A stretch of 63,993 bases of DNA, the filler included, from Basidiobolus ranarum (lineage: Eukaryota), in assembly GCA_040143965.1 (NCBI GenBank). It is 7 parts of 7 records of this genome, joined end to end, with 100 filler letters (N's around TTAATTAATTAA, not from the genome) between each part and the next. Parts side by side here need not be neighbours in the genome. Positions count along the whole stretch, not along the records: positions 9,330 to 18,555 come from JASJQH010000855.1; positions 18,656 to 27,876 come from JASJQH010000856.1; 5 more parts are not named here. One strand, 5' to 3'. The position numbers were made by a program, and so were the translations under genes. The stretch's first letter is position 1. Every line of letters begins with the position of its first letter. Of the stretch, positions 12,572 to 21,992 are shown one piece after another. The notes under the pieces were generated by a model, which saw only the letters and a program-made list of their open reading frames with translations, had not been told where the DNA came from and ran no database searches.

Positions 12572-13834
12572 TTAATAGGATGGCATCTCTGGCCAATCTT
12601 CAGCTGGGTTGGTATCATCACCGAACACCTTTGCAAGGCCACTCCAGGAAACAAATCCGACAAATGCATGAACTAAAGAGATGCCAAACGAAGTCTGGGG
12701 GTTTGCAACCTTTGGAACTCCTAGGGGTATTTTCTGCGCCTTTTCTACATATGGTCGGAAAATCTCCTCATATCTTTGACATGCATTGCGCAAACAATCT
12801 TGACTTGGTTTTCTGCTTGATCCTGCGATTTCCTTTCCCAGCTCCCCTGCAAGTATGTAGCCACCTAATATGGCAAGAGTTGTGCCCATGCCAGTAACTG
12901 GTGTTGGACAGTACGCTGCGTCTCCAATGAGAGCGACACGCCCGCCTGGACTACTCCATTTTTTCATATGAATTTGAGCAACGTGTTGGGCATAGTAGTC
13001 GCGTGCGTCTTTCATGCCCTCAAGAACTCGCTGTGATTCCCATCCAGCGTCTTTGAAAAGCCCTTGGAGTCTCACCTTTTGCTCATCAAAGTTCATTTGT
13101 ATAAGATCTTGTATTTCAGAGTCTCTTCCGGTTACGCCTATGTTGACACTGCTGACTTCATCATTGACTGGTCGAAGAAATATGAGCCTTCCGCCAGTAG
13201 CATTATACCACCGCGCAAAGGATTCGTCGCTATCAGCACGAGGTATTGTGTAGAATGCTACAAATTGTTGAAGAGATTTAACCTCGACGTTATTGCTGCC
13301 GTCCTTTACAGTCTCCAACATCAGTCCCCGGGTTTTCGAATTTTGACCGTCGGCGGCAATCACAAAATCAAATTTGGTGGGACTCTCATCTTCGTTTAGC
13401 CATATGTCAACGCCGTCATCCACCTCCACCATGTTAGTTATCTGCGTCCCAAATCGATATTTTGCTTTCTCCTTTGTCACGTCATACAGAACTTTCACAA
13501 GATCTCCTCGCATAATCTCAATCTCATTCGTAAATGAGAATCCCTTTTCGCCACGTTCAAGAACTGGAAACTCTGCTTTAATATTATTTTTTTCATCAAC
13601 AAAGCGAAGGCCCTTTTCCGCAGTGTTATTATTTTTTATGGCATCTTCAATGCCCATGGCTTGAATAACTCTGATTCCGGCACCGCGTATATCGATATTT
13701 TGCCCAGTTGTTCGAATTTCTTTAGAACGTTCGATAATAGTTACTTCGTTGTTTTGGTTACGAGAAAGATAATAAGCGGCAACAGCGCCGGCGATTCCGC
13801 CGCCAGAAATTAGAATGCACGTTTTGCTGGACAT
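12572..13834 (-). CDS. FAD-dependent monooxygenase (FAD_binding_3 / aromatic hydroxylase type), intronless
   Basis: GxGxxG (ISGGGIAG), DG motif (IAADGQNS) and GD motif (ALIGDAAY...GMGTTLA); 420 aa. Confidence 0.92.
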   Translation of the reverse strand: MSSKTCILISGGGIAGAVAAYYLSRNQNNEVTIIERSKEIRTTGQNIDIRGAGIRVIQAMGIEDAIKNNNTAEKGLRFVDEKNNIKAEFPVLERGEKGFSFTNEIEIMRGDLVKVLYDVTKEKAKYRFGTQITNMVEVDDGVDIWLNEDESPTKFDFVIAADGQNSKTRGLMLETVKDGSNNVEVKSLQQFVAFYTIPRADSDESFARWYNATGGRLIFLRPVNDEVSSVNIGVTGRDSEIQDLIQMNFDEQKVRLQGLFKDAGWESQRVLEGMKDARDYYAQHVAQIHMKKWSSPGGRVALIGDAAYCPTPVTGMGTTLAILGGYILAGELGKEIAGSSRKPSQDCLRNACQRYEEIFRPYVEKAQKIPLGVPKVANPQTSFGISLVHAFVGFVSWSGLAKVFGDDTNPAEDWPEMPSY

Positions 13835-14189
13835 GACAATATTTTGAGAATACTACAACCGAAAAATAAAGACTGTTATCGTTGACTGGGAACATATATA
13901 AGTATCATATTCGATATACTCCGAAGAATGTTGACGTCATGGACTATTCTTGATAATTCTTGGTATGACTGTTCACCAGAAGTCGGACCTACAACTTGAA
14001 TTCAAATACGCCCAAAGAATCGTAAAAAATGGATTCTCGATTAATTAAGTTACTTCATGTTTGCGTATTTCAAAATTTGTCTGGCAACAAATTTCGTGAT
14101 AAAATGACCAGACATGATGTATGATGTAATTCAACCATCGAAAAGCTCTAGTTATTCCAGTCACAAAAATTGCTTATGAATATTACCTA

Positions 14190-15400
14190 ATCATGACCAA
14201 TAAACATCACTGCCCTCCTTGACTCGTATGCATCTTACTGCTTCTTTGACTCTGGCTTTGTGAAGTTCCATTTCACTCGAATAATACAGTGGAATACTCT
14301 AATTTTTGTCAAAGTAATTGTTGGATGACCTGGTTCTTTTACACTTGCCGCAATAAATATGGCACTCGTGTCTACTACTTGCTAACAAGGGTTGGCTTTC
14401 AATATCATTAGCTCACCTGATCATTCAGTAATCCTTGATATCTCTACCTGCATCAAGCGTAACCCAGTAATCAATTTAGAGAAAATGATAATCTTCCAGG
14501 AAACTCGTGATACTCATGTCTCGGCAGCTAATGCATCATCAGGTGAAAAATTTCGAATATCACATTCCAAACCTGATCTATACGAGCCTACCCCTTATGT
14601 TCTCATATTCAATCCATCTCCTATGGAGATTATGAAGTTTGTATCCAACGTGAATGCTACCACCATGTCATAGCTATCCAGATTGTCAGACACATAAGTT
14701 TCAGTAAAATATCAATTATTTCTCCTAGTGCACCATCCTCTTGATTGCCCTACTAATTTACAGGAATGCAGCATCTAACACTTTATATTTTGACTAACCC
14801 AGGCAGAATTGAAGGTTCTTAAAACATAGATCAAAAAACTATCAAAAAAGCAATTATAGAACATTCCAGGTTTCTAGGCTCTTGAATAGTAGTTTATAAG
14901 AGTTAAGAGTGATCACTTCCCTGGTATATTGCAAGTATAAACTTTCTATTTCAAAACACACTTCAAATCTCATGATACTATTAGAATATAGGAATCACTC
15001 CTGGTGGGCCTCTTCAAGGATACCCAATTCTCCATGCTAATCTCTTGAGAAGATTGGTGGGCCAAAGTGTATACACTCATATGGTTAGGTGTTGCAATAT
15101 ATCCTACTTACACACATATCAACTCAGCCATAGTAGTTGATTGCACTTTATGAAGGAACTAGTTGATCTTTGCAAGCCCAATACCATGATATCCTGGTTT
15201 TGTTGGTCTTCTCAGCAAGATAGTATAACTAGCACCTTAGAATAAGCTTATTGATGCAAAAGTTGAATTCAATGTGGCAATTCAGAAGATGCTGTGGCAT
15301 TTCAGCATCTGGAAAAAATGGTAAAGGCAAGAAGTAGCAGCTTGCTTCCTAAGTACTATTGGAGTTTGTGTAAAGCATTATTGACTATACCACAATTGTT
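14190..15400 (+). mobile_element. Degenerate Ty3/gypsy (Tf1/chromovirus-like) pol remnant: protease, RT start, integrase fragments
   Basis: ALLDSYASYCFFDSGFV (aspartic protease), VIL...KRNPVI, an RT N-terminal remnant (~14730-14870), and ILVFVGLLSKIV*LAP..IDAK (integrase VVDRLSKM-like); many stops and frameshifts. Confidence 0.65.
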
Positions 15401-15850
15401 TGTATTGTTTATATTCTGGTCAGATTGGGAGTGCTTGGGATAATTAGCAAAATTACAAGACTTGAACTTATAAGATTCTTGCATGTTGAATTACAATTGT
15501 ATATAAGTTGACATCAACTATAACTACCATAAGAATGTACTTCTAGCATGCTAAGGAAGCTGCAGTTAAAGTGTATGCAATTTTGGATAATTTCAAGTAT
15601 TTGGATCTTTTAATTATTTGTGATTAATTAATATACAGTGGTTTGAAGAAGCTTGTTTGCTTGTGAGATTATCCTAAACATCTGTTCTTTCCTAATAACA
15701 CAGTTCCAAACTTTGGTACCTCAGCCAAGTTATTTATTACTTCTGATTTTGCTGGAAGATCTGGACATGATGGAGGTAGACTTGGTACATTAGAGACAAC
15801 TGTTAATAGTATTTTTATTACTTGATTATTGTCAAAATATGGTGGCTTCT

Positions 15851-16198
15851 TGTTGAAGTTAGCATTGCCTAAACACCTATATAGTCATATATAGCCTAGT
15901 ACTTGGTTACCTTATAACTCACTAAGCTATTATCCATTATTCTAAATTGGAATTTACTTGGAATATCTTTACCAACTTACAAGTTCTGAGATATATAGAC
16001 TTTTCAAACTTGTGCTAGAAGCCCCAAACCTTGTACACATGTTTCTGGGACCTTCCTTCACTTATTCTACATGTTAGTTTGCTTACATTGTCACAAAACT
16101 ATAAATGTTAACTTTCTACTCAATAAATCAATAAGTGAAAACCACCAATTTCTCTAATTCTCCAAACTATTTCCAACAGGCTGCCAAATACTTTAACA
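15851..16198 (+). mobile_element. LTR family A copy (solo, 348 bp; flanks CTTCT/CTCAT, no perfect TSD)
   Basis: TGTTG...TAACA termini; colinear with 7426-7773. Confidence 0.88.
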
Positions 16199-16423
16199 CT
16201 CATGTGGCTTAGAAGCTAATCAATTTTTTTGAAGTATTTGGGAGTTTGTGTAGTAATATGTACTAAACTTGTGTGGTACTAAGTCATACTTATTTTATAG
16301 ATGTAGAGATATTTCTTGTTATATTCTCTGTGAGAAATGCAGGTTGAAAATACAAGATAAAAATTGAAAAATTTTGCATAATCATGAGTTGCCATTGAAA
16401 TCCAGTCATACTATGCAAAGGAA

Positions 16424-17653
16424 TTTTAAAATTAGTAATGCCTGAGCACCTATATAGTCACATGTAGCACAATACTTAGTTATCATATATTTAACCAAAA
16501 CATTACCCATTATCCTCAATTCAAATTTACATAGAATATTTTTACTAAATTAGATGTTCTCAGATATATAAATTTTCACACAAGCTAGAAGCCCCATACT
16601 TTTCACATATGTTCCTAGGACCTTGCCTAATACATTATACATGTTAGTTTGCTAATATATTTACAAAACTATCAATGTCAGTATCTAAATCAATAAATAA
16701 AACCACCAATATCACTAATACTCCCTACCACTTCCAACAGACTCCTAAACCTTTTACCCGGTTATGAGGCCCAAGCTTGCACTCTCTGTGATATCTTCTT
16801 CTCAAATTTCTGGAACTTTTGCCTTCTCTGAAATATTGCATGGAACCAATTATCAAGTTTGGAAAATTAAAATGAATATGCTGCTGCAAGAACTTTGGAA
16901 AAATGTTGTAGGACATGTGTTGGAGGATCTTGATGTAATGGGGGTAGACTTTGGATATTAGAAGCAACTTATGATAGTGTGTTTTAGTTACTTTATTCTT
17001 AAGAGTATGCAGTGACTTATATAGTAGAAAAGTGAATCAATTGTTTGAGATATTCAGGAGTTTGTGTAATGAGATATAATAAATAAGTGGGGGTAATAAG
17101 ACCTACTTGTTATATAGATATAGAGATATTCCTATTTAGAATATAGGGCTATAGATACGTTGCTTTCTGTTTCTGATATATATATCATAACTAAAGTTAA
17201 CTATGATGTTGAATAAAGATTAATTATCCAACAACATGAGAACAAGGCAAAGCTGTATGAAACTAAAGTTTTACTCAATGTTCAAAATGAACAAAGTGCC
17301 TGTAACAAATTTTATCTTTATCATGGAGACAAATTGCTAATTCAATGTTTAAGAGCCAAAACTGCCAAGAAGGTAAGGGAAGCCTTGGAAGACACTAACT
17401 AAATATGTTCAGCTGCCAGCAAGATGTTTCTACACAAGCAATTCTTTAGCTTCAATATGAAACCAGGAGAAGAGATTTAATCACTAATCAATGGAATTAC
17501 TATTTTTGTGCATGATGCACAATACATGAAGGTACCTACTACTGATCATGATATCATAACTAAAGTCCTGAACAGCCTGTCACATAAGTTCCAGAGCCTG
17601 GTAATGGCTCCAGAATTAAGAACTGAAAATCAGACCTTGAATTTTTTATCTAG
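16424..17653 (+). mobile_element. 5' part of a Ty1/copia element: degraded LTR A, primer-binding site and gag pseudogene (interrupted by LTR B)
   Basis: LTR ~16424-16758; PBS GGTTATGAGGCCC at 16760-16772; gag LHGTNYQVWKIKMNMLL and, after the insertion, KTAK..EAL...KMFLHKQFFSFNMKPGE...IITKVLNSL (UBN2-type) with stops. Confidence 0.85.
16918..17233 (+). mobile_element. Solo LTR, family B (316 bp), inserted into copia gag, TSD ACATG
   Basis: TGTTGG...CCAACA termini; ACATG at 16913-16917 and 17234-17238; gag resumes after it. Confidence 0.9.
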
Positions 17654-18555
17654 TGTTAGAGTATTTGATAGCCTGTTGGGAGTGGTTTGGAAAATAAGAG
17701 TCATTGGTGGTTTTTGCTTATTGATTGCTTGAGTTGAAAGTTGACATTTATAGTGTTGTCATTATGTACACAAACTAACATGTAGAATGTGTTAAGGAAG
17801 GTTCCAGGAGCATGGGTGCAATGTTTGGGGCTTCTAGCACAAGTTTAAAAAATCTATATATCCAAGAACTTCGGACCTAGTAAAAATACTCCTACTAAGT
17901 TCAAATTGAGAATAACATGCTTTATCTTGATGAAATATAAGATAACTAAGTACTAGGCCATATATGACTAAGTGGGTATTTAGGCAATGGTAACTTCAAC
18001 ACTCTCCCTCAACAAATTGTCATACAAACTAATTTTAAGGAAGGTCTAAATTTCTCAAACTTCTGTCAAGCTAATGGTTTGGTTAATATATCAGCAATCA
18101 TGTCTTCTGTAGAGCAATAAGTTAATTCAATAAACTTGCTTTCTATAGACTCTGTAATGAAATGAATTCTAATGTTTATATGTTTGCTTCTATTATGAAG
18201 CACTGGATTTCTAGTTGATTTGATCCAACTTTGATTAAGAAATTGGCAAATAAGCTGGATTTTGCTCTCTCCAAAGTCTTTAAGTCATTGGTTGCTATAA
18301 AAAGGTCATCTACATATAAGGCTAATAGAGCTGTGCTTGTCATATCTAACTTGAAGCAGATACTGTAGTGTGCATTAATCTTTTGGTATTTCAATGATTC
18401 CAAGAAAGTGTTAAAGTGTTTGGGAGCCTGTTGGAAGTGGTTGGAAGAATTAGAGGAATTGGTGGTTTTTACTTATTGATTTATTGAGTAGAAAGTTGAC
18501 ATTTATAGTTTTGTCAAGATGTAAACAAACTAACGTGTAAAATGTGTTAAGGAAA
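17654..18555 (-). mobile_element. Internally deleted Ty1/copia element: LTR A (18409-18555, partial), RT fragment, RNase H end, PPT, 3' LTR A (17654-18001)
   Basis: RT LALYVDDL (ORF 18176-18403); RNase H NPVLHNRSKHINIRIHF...EDMIADILTKPL; PPT GAGGGAGAG abuts TGTTG of the LTR on the minus strand. Confidence 0.88.
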
Positions 18556-18655
18556 NNNNNNNNNNNNNNNNNNNNNNNNNNNNNNNNNNNNNNNNNNNNT
18601 TAATTAATTAANNNNNNNNNNNNNNNNNNNNNNNNNNNNNNNNNNNNNNNNNNNN
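18556..18655. other. Artificial contig linker
   Basis: N44-TTAATTAATTAA-N44. Confidence 0.99.
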
Positions 18656-20089
18656 CATGACACCGAAACAAAGCCTCTGTATCAAGTCCATCTCTTGAAA
18701 TACTTGTATGGGAGAAATAAAATCTTTAGTTGTGATTCAAACTATGTATATCAATCCATTATCTTAGAATTGAATAATTCAAGGGAGTTATGTGCATGGT
18801 ACTTGAAGAACAAAACTGTTTTCCCTTCAATTAGGAAGGAGATTCTTCTTCAAGCGTATCTAGAGAATGGCGGCATAATTTGCGTCACTGAGCACCTTAA
18901 CAACGAGAATATTGAGACACCATAAAATCCGAGAAAGAAGAAACTTTTCAATGGCTGATTACTACTTTTCCCAATGGTTTAATGTATGTAGCTAAAGCAT
19001 GTGCCATACTGGGATATGTTGACACGCTGGAGGAGCTCTTTAACGAGTCATACAATGTACCTGTATGGGATGATATGTCTGCTGGTATTGAAAGTTTATC
19101 TGTACCGAAGATTCTACATAAAGTTGCTTATCAACGGGATTCTTTTCTAAAATATTGAGTCAAGGTCGTACATAAAAGTTAAAATCCCGATTTACCACCT
19201 ATAGGAACCGAAAATCCTACGGGTACTGAAGATCTCCAGGGAGTCAACTGTATGTCTCATTAACCATGCAGAGCCTTCTTCAAAAACAAGGCTATCCACA
19301 TAAGTGATGATGTTCTTAGGGGACCCTACCTATGAGACATCTACCGTATGCTTTTAATTCGTGGTTCATTCAGAATCTTATTCAAAAAAAACTTATTTTG
19401 GGGCATGGGGATTTGATGAAATATAACTCAGAGACTGGGATAGCCCTACAGAAGATTATATGGAGATTGATACCCTTTTACAACCCATTAAAAAGCAAGG
19501 GATAGTATTAACATGATGTTTTCATGCTGATGTCTCCTTTTACACTCACCTTGTAACCTCTGTGTGGTATTTGTTGTCAGAATCACTCAAACTCAATTGC
19601 AAACGATGAATGCAAATCATGGCGTGGAACTACAGAGTAACTATCATTGGGGTTCAAGCACTCATCCTTGTTATGGTTAATAATACACTATATACAACTT
19701 TACTTCAATATGTAGATAAAGCCGTTCAAATGGTTTATATGAGTGATATATGGCATGGGCATGGGGCATATAGGTTTTGACTAACAACTGTGCGTCAACT
19801 GTGCACAGGTATGAGACAGGATTACGAAAAGGGAGAATCGACACATCCTCTTTTCACGTGGGGTTTCTAAGCAATTCTAATGTAATAACCAAAGTAGATA
19901 TTTGATAGATGACGTACTACATGTAGGATCATGCATTAATACATGTATGTAACAAGGCCAAATCCAGAACCTAAAACCAGGAACATGAAGCACAGTCAGG
20001 GATATCTTGAACCTAGTTGCTATGTTTCGTGATGGAGTATAAATAGCAGTAAAAGAGCTTCGATGTAGATTGTCCTCCATTCCTCAATC

Positions 20090-20422
20090 ATGAAAGTTAA
20101 TCGCGCACTCTTCTTCTTTGCGTTATCAACTGCCACAATTGAGGGTCAGATTTTCCGTCCAATCAAGAGTATTGATGGAACTGATGGCAGGACCTCCTTA
20201 CCGTTCCAGGATTTGGTACGTGACTTGACCGATACTTTCTTCCTACCCAAGGGTATAGCGGATGTTATCTCCAAGCCGGTGATCTTCACTGCAGCCGCCG
20301 CTGCTAATGTATTGAAAACAGCTGGATGCTTGATTGGCTTTTGTGGATTGCGTAGTGGTAGTAAGAAGAAAGTAACTCCTCCGAAGAAAAAAGCGAAACG
20401 GTCAAGAGTAACGTACAATTAA
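20090..20422 (+). CDS. Small secreted cationic protein, paralog 1 (110 aa)
   Basis: Signal-peptide-like N-terminus ending ..EG|Q; upstream TATAAAT (~20038); core clearly homologous to the 20834-21280 protein; Lys/Arg-rich tail. Confidence 0.85.
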   Translation: MKVNRALFFFALSTATIEGQIFRPIKSIDGTDGRTSLPFQDLVRDLTDTFFLPKGIADVISKPVIFTAAAAANVLKTAGCLIGFCGLRSGSKKKVTPPKKKAKRSRVTYN

Positions 20423-20668
20423 TAAAGGAAATCTTCAAATTATCTGAAGATTACATTTAAACCAACAACCAGTAGTTATGCTATATATATAGTCCATTAT
20501 TATATAGTTTGATGTATAGAGTCTGATATACGGGATTTGATGTGTGTAATCTGATAGACCAAGTCGTTTGTGCATCAAGTATAGTAGCCCTAACTCACTC
20601 TATGCTACACTTATTTAAAAGCAAAAAGTAAAATTCCTTATTTTTGACGATATTTACAAGATTACCCT

Positions 20669-20745
20669 GTACGAATTCAATATTTTACGAGATATACACC
20701 GTACGAATTCAATATTTTACGAGATATACACCGTACGAATTCAAT
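20669..20745. repeat. Tandem repeat, 32-bp unit x ~2.4
   Basis: gtacgaattcaatattttacgagatatacacc at 20669 and 20701, partial at 20733. Confidence 0.9.
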
Positions 20746-20833
20746 GATTTAGATAACATTCACTCAAGTTCAATACTCTATTTGGATAGTTTATTTGTAA
20801 GATCATAGCCATCGGAACTATTAGCTAGTCAAT

Positions 20834-21280
20834 TTACCAACCACCACCCTGCCAGTTACCTCCTTGCCATCCACCACCCTGGAAGTTCCCTCCTTGAAAA
20901 TTACCTCCTTGGAATCCTTCATCGCCATTGAAGAAAACAACACGAGGAGGATTATTTCTATTTCTATTCCTATTTCTATTCCTGTTTCTATTTCTGGTAG
21001 GTCTTGGTCGATTAGCCCCACTACGTAAAGCACAAGCTCCAATAGCACAACCAGCAGTCTTTAACACGTTAGCAGCGGTAGAAGCGGCACCAATGATTGG
21101 AGCAGCAACTGCATCAGCAATAGGAGCAGGCAAGAAATCTCGGAATAAATCATCAGCAGGTAAAGAACTACGACCATCAGTTCCCTGAACCCTAGTAATT
21201 GGTCGAATGATTTGTCCATTGATACCAGTTAAACTAGCTACCAAAGTAGCAACTACCAATTTAGATAGGATCAGTTTCAT
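20834..21280 (-). CDS. Small secreted cationic protein, paralog 2 (148 aa) with (RN)n run and [F/W]QGG[N/G] repeats
   Basis: ATG at 21280 gives signal peptide MKLILSKLVVATLVASLTGING|Q. Shares QIxRPI, GTDGRxSLP, FLP and AANVLKTAGCxIGxCxLRSG with paralog 1. Confidence 0.87.
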   Translation of the reverse strand: MKLILSKLVVATLVASLTGINGQIIRPITRVQGTDGRSSLPADDLFRDFLPAPIADAVAAPIIGAASTAANVLKTAGCAIGACALRSGANRPRPTRNRNRNRNRNRNRNNPPRVVFFNGDEGFQGGNFQGGNFQGGGWQGGNWQGGGW

Positions 21281-21632
21281 GATGAAGGAAGTAAGGGTAG
21301 TGGAGGAAGAGAAGGCTGGAGTTTTCAAACTACTTCATTTCTATCTCACCTTATCTCTATTTATAATCAATATTCGAATATTTTCCCCTTATTACCTAAC
21401 CTCTGACGCTTTGTATCAGAGTGACATTTTGAGTGTTTTAACAGCTATCGATGTTTCTAATACGTTACAGTTAAGAGGGTGGGGTAAGAGTAGAAATGAC
21501 GACTGTACATAAATCATGGTTTATACTGAATAAGCACTGACTGCGAGGACTGCGAGGAACACCCACGACGTTAATGATGTTGAAAGTTTGTTTGACATCA
21601 CGACCCTTGAACAAATCACTAGATTATGTAAC

Positions 21633-21698
21633 TGTAGTATTTATAGAAGTAATTGTAATATTTATAGAAGTAATTGTAGTATTTATAGATATAATTGC
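21633..21698. repeat. Imperfect 21-bp AT-rich tandem repeat (~3 copies)
   Basis: tgtagtatttatagaagtaat-type units. Confidence 0.7.
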
Positions 21699-21992
21699 TC
21701 ATTAACAAATCATTACATGATGTAATTGTAGTATTTAAGGTAAGATTTATTCCTTTTATGAGAGCGTGTATATTGGTATCAACACCAATGAAAAATCATG
21801 AGTCGAGGACAGAATATGGGTAATAAGGTAGCAAAGTCCGGTAGTGAGGGTGATTGCGATGGTGGTATGGAGGGGGAAAATTAAAAATAATAAAAATGTA
21901 TCAGCAAAACGGTGAATCTAATAATGTCCATTCAAAAAGAGTGTAAAGTGTGCAAAGTAGAAGGTGAAATATGGGTTTCGAATATTGTCGCT

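Noticed and set aside
18656-19600. Coding-like decayed sequence at contig start
   Set aside because: Fragmented frames with no identifiable family; cannot distinguish TE from pseudogene.
20669-20745. 32-bp repeats as a CRISPR array
   Set aside because: Head-to-tail copies without spacers, no cas genes, eukaryotic context.
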